64,000 nt of DNA from Candidatus Cloacimonadota bacterium (GCA_021157525.1 JAGGWK010000060.1:11293-75292), one strand, 5' to 3'; positions 30,642 to 39,437 are shown, counted from the stretch's first letter. Numbers and translations: made by a program. Notes: generated by a model not told the origin, from the sequence alone.

Positions 30642-30645
30642 TAAA

Positions 30646-30719
30646 TGGTTGGGCTAGAAGGAGTTGAACCCTCACATACGGAACCAGAATCCGCTGTACT
30701 ACCATTATACTATAGCCCA
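30646..30719 (-). tRNA. tRNA-Gln (anticodon CTG)
   Basis: Hand fold: acceptor TGGGCTA/TAGCCCA (U1-A72 as in bacterial tRNA-Gln), anticodon loop TTCTGGT, T-loop TTCAACT. CCA is encoded. Confidence 0.85.
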
Positions 30720-30727
30720 GAGAAACA

Positions 30728-30802
30728 TGGTTGGGCCGGGAGGATTCGAACCCCCGCATACATGGACCAAAACCATGTGTCTTACCACTTGACGACGGCC
30801 CA
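30728..30802 (-). tRNA. tRNA-Gln (anticodon TTG)
   Basis: Hand fold: acceptor TGGGCCG/CGGCCCA, anticodon stem CATGG/CCATG with loop TTTTGGT, T-loop TTCGAAT. CCA is encoded. Confidence 0.85.
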
Positions 30803-30825
30803 ACAAAACTTCTCAAAAATATAGC

Positions 30826-30916
<91 letters not shown>

Positions 30917-30933
30917 AAAATAGCAAAGATCAA

Positions 30934-31019
30934 TGGCGGAGGATGAGGGACTCGAACCCCCAAGGGCATAGCCCGGCGGTTTTCAAGACCGCTGCCTTAC
31001 CAATTAGGACTAATCCTCC
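30934..31019 (-). tRNA. tRNA-Ser (anticodon TGA)
   Basis: Hand fold: acceptor GGAGGAT/ATCCTCC, anticodon stem GCGGT/ACCGC with loop CTTGAAA, long variable arm. CCA is encoded. Confidence 0.85.
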
Positions 31020-31074
31020 GTTCAGGCTGGATCAAATAATTTTAGCCGGGTTTGAATGTCAAACAATTTTTCCC

Positions 31075-31959
31075 TTAAAGATACCCAAATTCGTTTAAGG
31101 CGTTCTTCTTCTTACGCCAGTTTTGTTTTATCTTCACCCATACCTCAAGTTTAACCCGTTTGCCCACAATTGAATGTATCTCCTTCTCTGCTGCAAGGCG
31201 CAATTCTTTGATCTTCTTTCCACCAGCCCCCAAAAGAATCGGCTTCTGACTATTGCGTTCCAACCACAGATTCACCGAGATCTCAACTTTGTTGGGAAAC
31301 TCTTTGTATTGCTCACAGGTAACGGTGGATGCATAGGGGATTTCTTCACGATACCGCAGAAATATCTGTTCCCGCACAATCTCCTGCACAAAGAACCGCA
31401 TCGGGAGGTCGGAGATTTCATCGGTAGCATAGTAGGGTTGTGCAAAGGGTAAAAAGGAAGAAATCCGGGTGATGAAAGAATCGGCAGATTCCATGTATAA
31501 AGCCGAGATAGGTATGATTTCGTCGAAGAAAAGCGCTTCCATCTGAGCCATCTTTGCCTTGGTCACTTCCTGACTTACCAGATCCATTTTGTTCAGGATG
31601 GCCAATTTTGGTGCTGAGGAGTGTTTGAGTATCTGGCACACTTGTTCATCATAATCGGTGGGATAGGTGGAGACGTCGGTAATGAAGAGGATAAGATCGG
31701 TATTTTTCAGGGAGCCCTTGATGTATTCCACCATGCGTTCCTGCAGTTCGTATCGGGGCTTAAGAAAGCCGGGAGTATCCAGAAAGATAATCTGAGATTC
31801 CGGGCTGTTATATATTCCCTTCACCTGTTGCCTAGTAGTTTGGGGTTTGGGGGAGATGATGGAGAGTTTTTCCCCCATCAGTCGATTCATAAGTGTTGAT
31901 TTTCCTACGTTTGGCTTGCCCACGATAGAGACAAATCCGCTTCGGAATTGTTTGTTCAT
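31075..31959 (-). CDS. era: GTPase Era
   Basis: It has G1 (GKPNVGKST), G3 (DTPG), G4 (NKMD) and a C-terminal KH domain. Confidence 0.92.
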   Translation of the reverse strand: MNKQFRSGFVSIVGKPNVGKSTLMNRLMGEKLSIISPKPQTTRQQVKGIYNSPESQIIFLDTPGFLKPRYELQERMVEYIKGSLKNTDLILFITDVSTYPTDYDEQVCQILKHSSAPKLAILNKMDLVSQEVTKAKMAQMEALFFDEIIPISALYMESADSFITRISSFLPFAQPYYATDEISDLPMRFFVQEIVREQIFLRYREEIPYASTVTCEQYKEFPNKVEISVNLWLERNSQKPILLGAGGKKIKELRLAAEKEIHSIVGKRVKLEVWVKIKQNWRKKKNALNEFGYL

Positions 31960-31967
31960 GCTTCCTC

Positions 31968-32984
31968 CTAGCTGGTGCAGATCATATAGATCAGTCGTTC
32001 GAGAATAATCCGCTGCAACCAGGTTTCTTGTGATTTCAGGTCTATATCGGCCTGAAGCAGCAAAGAAAAGGTATTTCGCAGAGATGGCCGCCGATACCGC
32101 TGAGCAAAGGCGATGTAATCGTTGCGGAATTTATAATAAACTTCGGGGATATGTTTTGCCGCGATCTCGCCGGTATCCATACCGCTATCCAGCAGAGTTC
32201 GGATTTTCCACAATATCGTAAAGAAACGGGTCAGCATCACCACTACCAAGATGGGTGGCTCATCGGCTTCGATCATACTTTCCAGCATGGTCAGTGCTTT
32301 TTTCCGGTCTCGCATGCCCAAAGTATTTTGTAGCTCAAAAATGCTGTTTGAACGGGATTTCCCCACGCAGGCATGTACTGCCGCCAGAGATATTCTGGCG
32401 CTGCCTTTGGCATAAATCAGCACTTTTTCCAGTTCATTTGATGCCACCATATAGTCGTTTTCCACGCTATTTGAAAAAAGCTCCACTGCAGCCCGATCCA
32501 TAATGATATTGCGGTCTCGCAACTCATTTGTCACCCATCGCTGGATGTCCCGAGCATCGTAGGGCTGCTTGCATTGCACCACCGTAGCGTTGTTCATAAT
32601 GGTTTTCCATGCCACCTGCCGCTTATCGGTTTTTGTGGCGGTAAGTACCAGGATGGTGGTGTCCATGGGGTTTTTACAATACTCTGCAATGGCGTTGCGA
32701 TCTGCTATATCCATCTCGTCCAATCGACGCAAAAGCAATACCCGTTTCGCCGCAAGAAAGGGCATCATGTCCAGTTGCTCCAGAAGGTCTGAACTTTTTG
32801 CTGTATCACCATAAAACTGTGCGTAATCAAAATCTTCGGAATCCGGGGTAACAAACCGCTTGGTGATAGCCTTCAGCACTTTGTCGATAAGATAGGTCTC
32901 CGGTCCAAAAATAAGATAAACAGACACCGGCTTTTCTTTGGGAAATCGGCGCAAAAATTCGTAATGTGCAAGCTGGGCAGCCAT
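31968..32984 (-). CDS. holA: DNA polymerase III subunit delta
   Basis: At 338 aa, the N-terminus YLIFGPETYLID and overall helical domain pattern fit HolA. Its position next to era is weak support. Confidence 0.75.
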   Translation of the reverse strand: MAAQLAHYEFLRRFPKEKPVSVYLIFGPETYLIDKVLKAITKRFVTPDSEDFDYAQFYGDTAKSSDLLEQLDMMPFLAAKRVLLLRRLDEMDIADRNAIAEYCKNPMDTTILVLTATKTDKRQVAWKTIMNNATVVQCKQPYDARDIQRWVTNELRDRNIIMDRAAVELFSNSVENDYMVASNELEKVLIYAKGSARISLAAVHACVGKSRSNSIFELQNTLGMRDRKKALTMLESMIEADEPPILVVVMLTRFFTILWKIRTLLDSGMDTGEIAAKHIPEVYYKFRNDYIAFAQRYRRPSLRNTFSLLLQADIDLKSQETWLQRIILERLIYMICTS

Positions 32985-32987
32985 GAA

Positions 32988-33791
32988 CTATCCCTTTAAA
33001 ATAACGATGGAAACGATCGAAATCACCCAGCAATAATAGGCAAAATACTTCAGTTTGTTCTTTGCCACCAGATTGATAAGCCATGAGATAACGGCATAGC
33101 CAGAGATGCCGGCTGCAACGCTTCCCGCCATATAATTAAGCAGGGTTGCCGAAGGCAACGCCGTAAGCTCTGGTAACTTGGTAATTGTCGCTCCCAGAAT
33201 TGCAGGAATGGATATCAGGAAGGAGAAGCGGGCAGCCGAACGGCGATCCAGCCCCAGATACACAGAGGTGGCAATAGTGGTGCCAGAACGGGAAATCCCC
33301 GGCAACAAAGCCACAGATTGTCCTAATCCGATAACCACACTGCGCCATAAGCCCATCTTGTCTGCCGGAATCCCTTTGCTGGGAACCAGATCGGAAATAA
33401 ACAGAATGGCCCCGGTGACTGAAAGCAAAACGGCAGCATAGATGGGATGTTCAAAAGCTGCATCCACCCTGTCTGACAGCAGAAAATAGATCACGCCCGT
33501 AACCGCCGTGGCAACAATGAGATAAAGCAGTATCAACCGGTTCTTCCGATGAGCGGGAGCAGGATTTTTTATAGCCACCAGCGAACCGGCCATTCCCAGA
33601 AGGTCTTTAAAAAAATAGACCAATACGGCAATAAGGGAGCCAAAATGTACGATCACTTCAAAACTGATCCCCGGATCCTGGATGTGCATAAAACGTTGCA
33701 CCAAGACCAGATGGCCAGAGCTGCTCACGGGCAAAAACTCGGTAAGGCCCTGAATGATCCCTAAAAGGATCGCTTGTAACGTCGTCATCAT
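32988..33791 (-). CDS. uppP: undecaprenyl-diphosphate phosphatase
   Basis: It has BacA/UppP motifs (QGLTEFLPVSSSGH, PGISRSG) and 8 TM segments. Confidence 0.92.
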   Translation of the reverse strand: MMTTLQAILLGIIQGLTEFLPVSSSGHLVLVQRFMHIQDPGISFEVIVHFGSLIAVLVYFFKDLLGMAGSLVAIKNPAPAHRKNRLILLYLIVATAVTGVIYFLLSDRVDAAFEHPIYAAVLLSVTGAILFISDLVPSKGIPADKMGLWRSVVIGLGQSVALLPGISRSGTTIATSVYLGLDRRSAARFSFLISIPAILGATITKLPELTALPSATLLNYMAGSVAAGISGYAVISWLINLVAKNKLKYFAYYCWVISIVSIVILKG

Positions 33792-34984
33792 GATATCTCC
33801 GGAACTGCTGAGCGGAAAAGCTCAGAGGCAGGGATTAACTGGATGTCCATTCCATCCAGCTTCTTCAGAAACTTTTTCAAATAATCATACCGTTCGCGGG
33901 TTGTACAATGGGTTATCACCACAATCTTATCTTTCTTTTTCATCAATATTTTTATCTTTTCCATTTTTTTATTCAGCGTAGCGTCGCTGTGGTCCGGTGC
34001 ATCCAGAAAAATATCCCGTCGAATGCTGGGGATCAGCATTTCCTGAGCTGTCTGAAAGGCTACAGATGATGAGGTGGTAAAGCTGTCGATAAAAAACATG
34101 CTATGCCGTTTCAGCACCTCCAGCACGGTGGTCATCACCTGTTTATCGGCAGTGGCCAGGGAGCCCATGTGGTTATTTGCCCCGATGCAATAGGGCAGTT
34201 CTTTCATATAATTTTGCACCCGTCGCACGATTTCTTTTTGGGTAAGATGCACATAAATCGCTTCTTTGCCAGGATTGTTTTTGGGGTAGCTGACAGGCTC
34301 CATAGGCATGTGGATAATGCTCTCGTGGCCACTGTTATATGCGGCATCCATGGCATCCCGTGAGTGAGCAAGGTGCGGCATAATGGCAAAGGTTATTGCC
34401 GGATCGAGGGCACAAAAATCCTGCAACAATTGCCCATCGAAATTGCCAAAGTCATCCACGATTATCGCCAGTTTTGTTTTATCGGATGCCTGTTTCTGTT
34501 GCTTTGTGTAGTATAGTTTCACCACGTAAGTTATCTTATTTTCAGTATCTTTGTAGGTGAGAAGCTGGGTCGATCCGTTGTACAATTCCTTGCCCGTAAG
34601 CAACTCGCCTCCCGCCATTTCTATCTGGCCGGTGATCACCATATTGGCATAATTCAGATCCGAAATTTTTCCATCTATACCGATGTACACGTACACCTTA
34701 TTGTCCTTCACTCGGGTGGAATAATAGTCATCCGGTACACTGAGGCTCTTGCGGGCATGGTCTATGGCATCCTGGATGGACGCTTTTTCTTCTATCTCAG
34801 TAGGGGTTACAGAGGTTTTGGCTTTGGGAGTGAAATTGATATCGTAGCGACTGATGAAGAAGTAGAGTGCAAACAGTAATATCAGGGCAACCAAAAAGAT
34901 CAGGGCGGAAGCAGAGGATCCGGCCTTCTTTTTCGTCTGTTTTTTCTTTTTCTTCGGGCTTGGTTTTTTCTTCTTTACTGCCAT
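33788..34984 (-). CDS. divergent polysaccharide deacetylase family protein (YibQ-like) with a Lys-rich N-terminus and TM anchor
   Basis: It has LAIIVDDFG, FAIMPH and IIHMPME motifs. I moved the start to ATG 34984 (GAGGAGATT RBS). Confidence 0.75.
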   Translation of the reverse strand: MAVKKKKPSPKKKKKQTKKKAGSSASALIFLVALILLFALYFFISRYDINFTPKAKTSVTPTEIEEKASIQDAIDHARKSLSVPDDYYSTRVKDNKVYVYIGIDGKISDLNYANMVITGQIEMAGGELLTGKELYNGSTQLLTYKDTENKITYVVKLYYTKQQKQASDKTKLAIIVDDFGNFDGQLLQDFCALDPAITFAIMPHLAHSRDAMDAAYNSGHESIIHMPMEPVSYPKNNPGKEAIYVHLTQKEIVRRVQNYMKELPYCIGANNHMGSLATADKQVMTTVLEVLKRHSMFFIDSFTTSSSVAFQTAQEMLIPSIRRDIFLDAPDHSDATLNKKMEKIKILMKKKDKIVVITHCTTRERYDYLKKFLKKLDGMDIQLIPASELFRSAVPEIS

Positions 34985-35136
34985 AATCTCCTCAGACTTT
35001 TTTGGGGACTTCATGGTGAGCCCTCTGGTGCGTCAAGCAAAAAGAGCAAATAGGATAAATGGAAAAGCAAAACCTTGACGCCTGAAAGGGTATAAATAAT
35101 TTCCAGCAAATTCCGTGAAAGGAGACGCAGCTGAGA

Positions 35137-35994
35137 ATGGAAAGATCCGCACCAACACAGAATCGGCTTTCAGGCATCGTGATTGCACTGATTATCTCGC
35201 TGTTGCTGCACCTATTGGTCATTGTGGTGATCTCCTTTTTGCAAACCGATTTCCTTCATCATTTTGTGCAGGATGTACCATTGGTACCGCCATCCCGGGA
35301 AAAACCGCTGGTTTTCGAGTTGGTAGAAACCCCGGATGTTCCCTCTTCACCACCAGAGCAACCAACCGATCTGGCATCAGATACCGCCACTTCAGCCCGG
35401 GATGCGGTGGACAAACAGCTTCCCATCAGTGATACACCTTATGCCGAAGGAACTGCCAGCACCAGAGATGTCACAGCTCCCGCAAAGCCTGAGAACCAGC
35501 CCCGGGCAGAGCCGTCCAGCGCAACTGCTGCCGTTGAAGGACAGGGGAAAGAAACCGCCACTCCGGCAGAACAGCAGCCGGTAGTAATTCCTCAGATGCT
35601 GGCATCGAATCAGCAGAGTTTTAGAAATCTGCGCTCTGAGGTTGCATCCAGAGGCGGGATGATGTTGAACACCTATCAGTGGAAATATGCACCATACCTG
35701 CTCAAGCTCAAACGGAGAATTTCCGGTAACCTGAGACCGCCCTACGCCTTTACCCGACTGGGCATCATCGGCGGTCAAAACCTTATCCGCTTCCGCATCA
35801 ACCCCGATGGAGCTATTGTGAATGTGACGCTTTTGTGGAGCAATTCCCACGAATCCCTGGAGCAGAGCAGCATAGCAGCCATAGAAAAGTCCCATCCATT
35901 TTTGCCGCTTCCTGCGGGATTTCCCAAAGAATACCTGGAGATAACGGCCCTCTTTACGTACAATAACAAACCACCAACAGAAGGTAGAAAATGA
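35137..35994 (+). CDS. tonB: TonB family energy transducer
   Basis: It has an N-terminal TM, a Pro/Ala/Glu-rich spacer and a C-terminal TonB_C-like domain, and it is followed by exbB-exbD. Confidence 0.75.
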   Translation: MERSAPTQNRLSGIVIALIISLLLHLLVIVVISFLQTDFLHHFVQDVPLVPPSREKPLVFELVETPDVPSSPPEQPTDLASDTATSARDAVDKQLPISDTPYAEGTASTRDVTAPAKPENQPRAEPSSATAAVEGQGKETATPAEQQPVVIPQMLASNQQSFRNLRSEVASRGGMMLNTYQWKYAPYLLKLKRRISGNLRPPYAFTRLGIIGGQNLIRFRINPDGAIVNVTLLWSNSHESLEQSSIAAIEKSHPFLPLPAGFPKEYLEITALFTYNNKPPTEGRK

Positions 35995-36614
35995 AAGAAT
36001 TTATCGCATTACTCCAGCAGGGCGGCATCATTATGTATCCGCTACTGCTCTGCTCGGTGATCTCCCTGGCCATCGTTATCGAGCGCTGTTTTACATTACG
36101 GCACAAGCACATAATCGTTCCGGAGATCGAGAAGGTTGTACGCTCTATTCGCACAGCCGAAGACATCCCGTTGGCACTGAAGGTCTGTAGTCAGAACAAA
36201 GGGCCCTTTGCCGCTATTATGCGGGTAGGACTGGAGAATCACACCCTCCCCGCTGCGATTCTCAAAGAGGAAATCACCAACCACGGACGCCAGCAGGTAC
36301 GGGTGCTGGAGCGGGGATTGGTGGTATTGGAAACCGTTGCTGCGGTGAGTCCCATCCTGGGCTTGCTGGGAACGGTGGTAGGGATGATCAAAGTGTTTAA
36401 AGTCATCTCCTTGCAAGGTGTGGGAGAAGCATCCGCTCTATCGGGGGGTATTTCCGAAGCACTCATCACCACAGCAGCAGGTTTGACAGTGGCCATCCCG
36501 ACCGTGATATTTTATAATTTTCTCTCCCAGAAAGCCGAGAACCTGATAATGGACATTGAGGATAATGCCAACAATCTGGTGCGGACGATTCGAGAGTTTT
36601 CCAAGGATGCATGA
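35991..36614 (+). CDS. exbB: MotA/TolQ/ExbB proton-channel protein
   Basis: It has 3 TM helices and the conserved segment LGLLGTVVGMI...ALITTAAGL. It overlaps tonB by 4 nt. Confidence 0.88.
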   Translation: MKEFIALLQQGGIIMYPLLLCSVISLAIVIERCFTLRHKHIIVPEIEKVVRSIRTAEDIPLALKVCSQNKGPFAAIMRVGLENHTLPAAILKEEITNHGRQQVRVLERGLVVLETVAAVSPILGLLGTVVGMIKVFKVISLQGVGEASALSGGISEALITTAAGLTVAIPTVIFYNFLSQKAENLIMDIEDNANNLVRTIREFSKDA

Positions 36615-37012
36615 TGAATTTTCGTGAAAAGAAGAGACGTAACGTCACTATCAATATCACTTCCCTCATCGACGTGGTATTGCTGTTGCTCATCTTTTTC
36701 ATGCTTACCACCACCTTTTCCGAGCAGCCGGGGATGAAGCTGGAATTGCCGGAAGCCAAGAGTTTTGGAACCCAGCGATTTTCTCAGTTGGAAGTTTCCA
36801 TCGGTGCTGATGGCACTCTCGTCCTCAATGGCAACAAGATTGCCACCGAGGATTTGAAGCAGGCAATCACCGACCTGGTTCCTCAGATCGAAGAAAAAAC
36901 CATCATCCTGCGGGCTGATAAAGCGGTGCAACACGGTGTGGTGGTGATGGTGATGGATGTGGCCCGCAGTGCAGGAATAGAAAAGGTGGTAATCGCAGCA
37001 AAACCCCGATAA
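36611..37012 (+). CDS. exbD: ExbD/TolR biopolymer transport protein
   Basis: The N-terminus is INITSLIDVVLLLLIFFM, and the C-terminal region (ILRADKAVQHGVVVMVMD) is periplasmic. It overlaps exbB by 4 nt. Confidence 0.88.
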   Translation: MMNFREKKRRNVTINITSLIDVVLLLLIFFMLTTTFSEQPGMKLELPEAKSFGTQRFSQLEVSIGADGTLVLNGNKIATEDLKQAITDLVPQIEEKTIILRADKAVQHGVVVMVMDVARSAGIEKVVIAAKPR

Positions 37013-37016
37013 AAGC

Positions 37017-37038
37017 AGTTTCATGATATCATGAAACT
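37017..37038. repeat. perfect 22-nt palindrome AGTTTCATGAT|ATCATGAAACT
   Basis: Read directly from the sequence, 5 nt after the exbD stop. No U-tract follows, so it is either a weak terminator hairpin or a dimeric protein-binding site. Confidence 0.7.
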
Positions 37039-37081
37039 ATATCGAGACAGGAAAACGGTGTGAACGTGACTTTAAAAATGT

Positions 37082-37301
37082 AAAAAAGGGGCCGTCCCGC
37101 AACCGCAAAACTGAGACCTCTACTCTCCATGCCTGCGGCAGGTCGCCGCACAAGTCCGCTTCCGTCTTCGTTCATTGTAACACATGAACTACGACGCGAA
37201 AAGACGATCCGATGTGACAGCGACTTGGAGAGAGGCTCAAAACGAAGATTTCAATCTCGAATCTCGATTTTCTTGTTCTTCTCTCGGTTGTGGGACGACC
37301 C
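37082..37301 (-). ncRNA. unclassified structured RNA-like element, copy 1 (paralog of 52684-52893)
   Basis: A 17-bp closing helix pairs 37088-37105 with 37285-37301. It shares invariant blocks with copy 2 (20-nt ctgagacctctactctccat, 13-nt gtgacagcgactt) and has inner hairpins with compensatory differences. A T6 run follows on the minus strand. The strand call is tentative. Confidence 0.6.
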
Positions 37302-37312
37302 TTATATTAATC

Positions 37313-38290
37313 CTATTTAAATTCCCAGACGAAGGGATCCGGGCTATTGAATACAAAACGTTTCAGATAGGAAATCATGGTGTGGAGATCATAACCTGCA
37401 GGCACCACAAAGTAATCGTATTTGGCGACGAGAGCGGCAAATTCGGCATTTTCCATGAGGGCTGCATCGACGAAATAGATACCATGGCCAGGAAGGCTTA
37501 AGTCGGATGCATCCGTTGGCTCCACCTGACGATACAACACAACGTCCTGCTCTTTCAGCAGCTCTTCTTTGAGATGAGAAAAGTATTGGCCGTTGGATGG
37601 AGTAGCCAACACCACCAGTTGCTGCCCTGGTCGGAAGACATCAATGAGACGCTGTTGTTCCTCTGGAGCACTGGTGTCGGAAAGACCTGCCAGACCCCGC
37701 ACACCGCTCACGATAAACCATAGGGCAATAAGCACCGAGGCGATGCGTCCGATGAGTTTCAGCTCTTTTACTTTACTGAAAAAACCCACAAATCCCATGG
37801 GAACGAGGTATAATGTGGTGCCCAGAAAAAAGCCGAAAAAGAGGGTTGCGCCGTTTATGGGCCCCCCGAGATTCACCGCTTTTGAGAGAGCAATAAGAAA
37901 GGATGGACAGAAATTTACTCCCGTGAGCACCCCCAGCAAAAAAGCGCTTTTGGTGATGTTTGCCATCTTCGGAATGTGACATTTTTTTGCTTTTTGATGG
38001 GATCGTACTGCGGTGAGCAGCAGATACAATGAGAGTAAAATATAGGCAATGGATGTGAAAAACGTTCGGTTGATTTCGGTGATATTTTTGCCCAGATAGC
38101 CAGCGACAGCACCAAACGCCAAGTAGGTAAAGAAGCGGCCCAGAGAAATTTCCATTACCGCAAGGAAGGTTTTACCCACTTTTTTGTCATCGCTCAGGAG
38201 ATAGGGCAGGTAAATGGGTGAGCAGGTTGCCAGACACACCACCCCCGTGGCCAGTCCTAAACCCCAGCCTTCGATCAAACTTTGTATCAT
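37313..38290 (-). CDS. DsbD_2/CcdA-type polytopic membrane protein with a ~110-aa C-terminal soluble extension
   Basis: It has six predicted TMs. Cys lie in TM1 (VCLATCSPIYLP) and TM4 (VNFCPSF), as in thiol-disulfide electron-transfer membrane proteins. It is the last gene of the ferredoxin/FN3 operon. Confidence 0.65.
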   Translation of the reverse strand: MIQSLIEGWGLGLATGVVCLATCSPIYLPYLLSDDKKVGKTFLAVMEISLGRFFTYLAFGAVAGYLGKNITEINRTFFTSIAYILLSLYLLLTAVRSHQKAKKCHIPKMANITKSAFLLGVLTGVNFCPSFLIALSKAVNLGGPINGATLFFGFFLGTTLYLVPMGFVGFFSKVKELKLIGRIASVLIALWFIVSGVRGLAGLSDTSAPEEQQRLIDVFRPGQQLVVLATPSNGQYFSHLKEELLKEQDVVLYRQVEPTDASDLSLPGHGIYFVDAALMENAEFAALVAKYDYFVVPAGYDLHTMISYLKRFVFNSPDPFVWEFK

Positions 38291-38299
38291 AGTTGTTCC

Positions 38300-39427
38300 T
38301 TAATATCTGTAAGCAAGGCTGATGCCGTGGGTAAGCCGATCTTTCACAGTATCCCGCAACAGCACGTCGTAGCGATAGCCGATGCGCAGGGAATCATGCA
38401 GCAAAAAGCCCCCCAGTTCCCCGCTGATACCCATATCGTTCACCGACACATTGCCCAGATAATAGTTGTATTCTGCAAAGAAAACAAGCTGCCACAGGTT
38501 GTACTGCATGTTTGCCTTGAGAAGGGTTTCTTCATCGTAAAAATAGTGTTTGGCAGCCAGCCGGATACGATTGATCCGATTGCCCTCTGTGCTGATGGTG
38601 CGCTGAACGATGGATTCCCCAAAGCTTTTTCCCAGCAGCATTTCGTTGTTTTCGGTATCGTACCAGTTTTGGATATCCAGTTTTTGCACCAGCATCCAGT
38701 CTGGATGCAGCTTTGTGCTGAAGCGGGTAGTATAATGCACAAAATAAGGCACGTCGTCATAACGATCCGATTGTCCCAGGATGAGCTGCTGCTGCCAGAT
38801 GTGAGGACGTCCAAAGTAGTGCATCGTCTGTATCCCGGCACCGGCGGTATAGTAGTTAAAAACGTCTTCCTCATTCAAATCGTCGAAATGCTCAAGGGCG
38901 ATTACCGGCATCCAGGTATCGCTTTGCATCCAGGTAAGAGTCACATTGTTGCGGGTATCGAACTCGGTAATATCTTCGTCGCCGGAGTAATCGCGGATAT
39001 TGTAGCGCAGGTTTGCATCCATCAGAAGGTTCCCCACCTGATAGTGAATATTGGCGCCGAGGCCCCAGCCATTTTCCAGCAGGTATTCGCCATTAACACC
39101 GCCGACGTGGGATGGGAAATTATCTGCCGGAGAGAGTTGAACGCTGCCGAAAAATTGAACCATCCCGCCGGATAATGTACGGGTGAGGGATAGTTTGTTA
39201 CGCAGATAGTTGCGTAGATAGGTCTCTTCCAGAGTCTCTGTTTCTTCGCTGAATTTGGCAAAGGTGATGTTATCGATCTGCCATTGGCCAAATTTTTGCG
39301 TGATATAGGAGGTCATCCGAGAAGAAAAGCCCTCTTGGTTATCGGAGACAACGGAGACGGAAATCTGCTGAAGGGCCGAGAGGGAAAGCATCCCAAAAAG
39401 AATACTAAAAAGAAAGGACTGGCGCAT
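38300..39427 (-). CDS. predicted outer-membrane beta-barrel protein
   Basis: It has a signal peptide (MRQSFLFSILFGMLSLSALQ), alternating aromatic/polar strands and a C-terminal ...HGISLAYRY beta-signal. I moved the start to ATG 39427 (AAGGAG RBS). Confidence 0.65.
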   Translation of the reverse strand: MRQSFLFSILFGMLSLSALQQISVSVVSDNQEGFSSRMTSYITQKFGQWQIDNITFAKFSEETETLEETYLRNYLRNKLSLTRTLSGGMVQFFGSVQLSPADNFPSHVGGVNGEYLLENGWGLGANIHYQVGNLLMDANLRYNIRDYSGDEDITEFDTRNNVTLTWMQSDTWMPVIALEHFDDLNEEDVFNYYTAGAGIQTMHYFGRPHIWQQQLILGQSDRYDDVPYFVHYTTRFSTKLHPDWMLVQKLDIQNWYDTENNEMLLGKSFGESIVQRTISTEGNRINRIRLAAKHYFYDEETLLKANMQYNLWQLVFFAEYNYYLGNVSVNDMGISGELGGFLLHDSLRIGYRYDVLLRDTVKDRLTHGISLAYRY

Positions 39428-39437
39428 TGGGGCTCCT

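Noticed and set aside
37029-37130. A conserved mini-ORF lies inside the structured element on the minus strand. Copy 1 encodes MESRGLSFAVAGRPLFYIFKVTFTPFSCLDIVS and copy 2 (52679-52729) encodes MESRGLSFSVVGWPFS.
   Set aside because: The shared MESRGLSF simply translates the 20-nt invariant block. Downstream differences fall in the closing helix, are compensatory at the RNA level, and are non-synonymous (A/S, A/V, R/W). The lengths differ (33 vs 16 aa), and there is no properly spaced Shine-Dalgarno. An RNA-level constraint explains the conservation better, but a small peptide is not excluded.
37082-37301. A MITE interpretation of the two ~215-nt elements, with terminal inverted repeats GGGCCGTCCCGCAACCG / CGGTTGTGGGACGACCC.
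   Set aside because: I see no target-site duplication flanking either copy. The two copies differ in the terminal repeats by paired (compensatory) changes. Internal hairpins also covary. Only two copies could be examined, so this remains the main alternative hypothesis.
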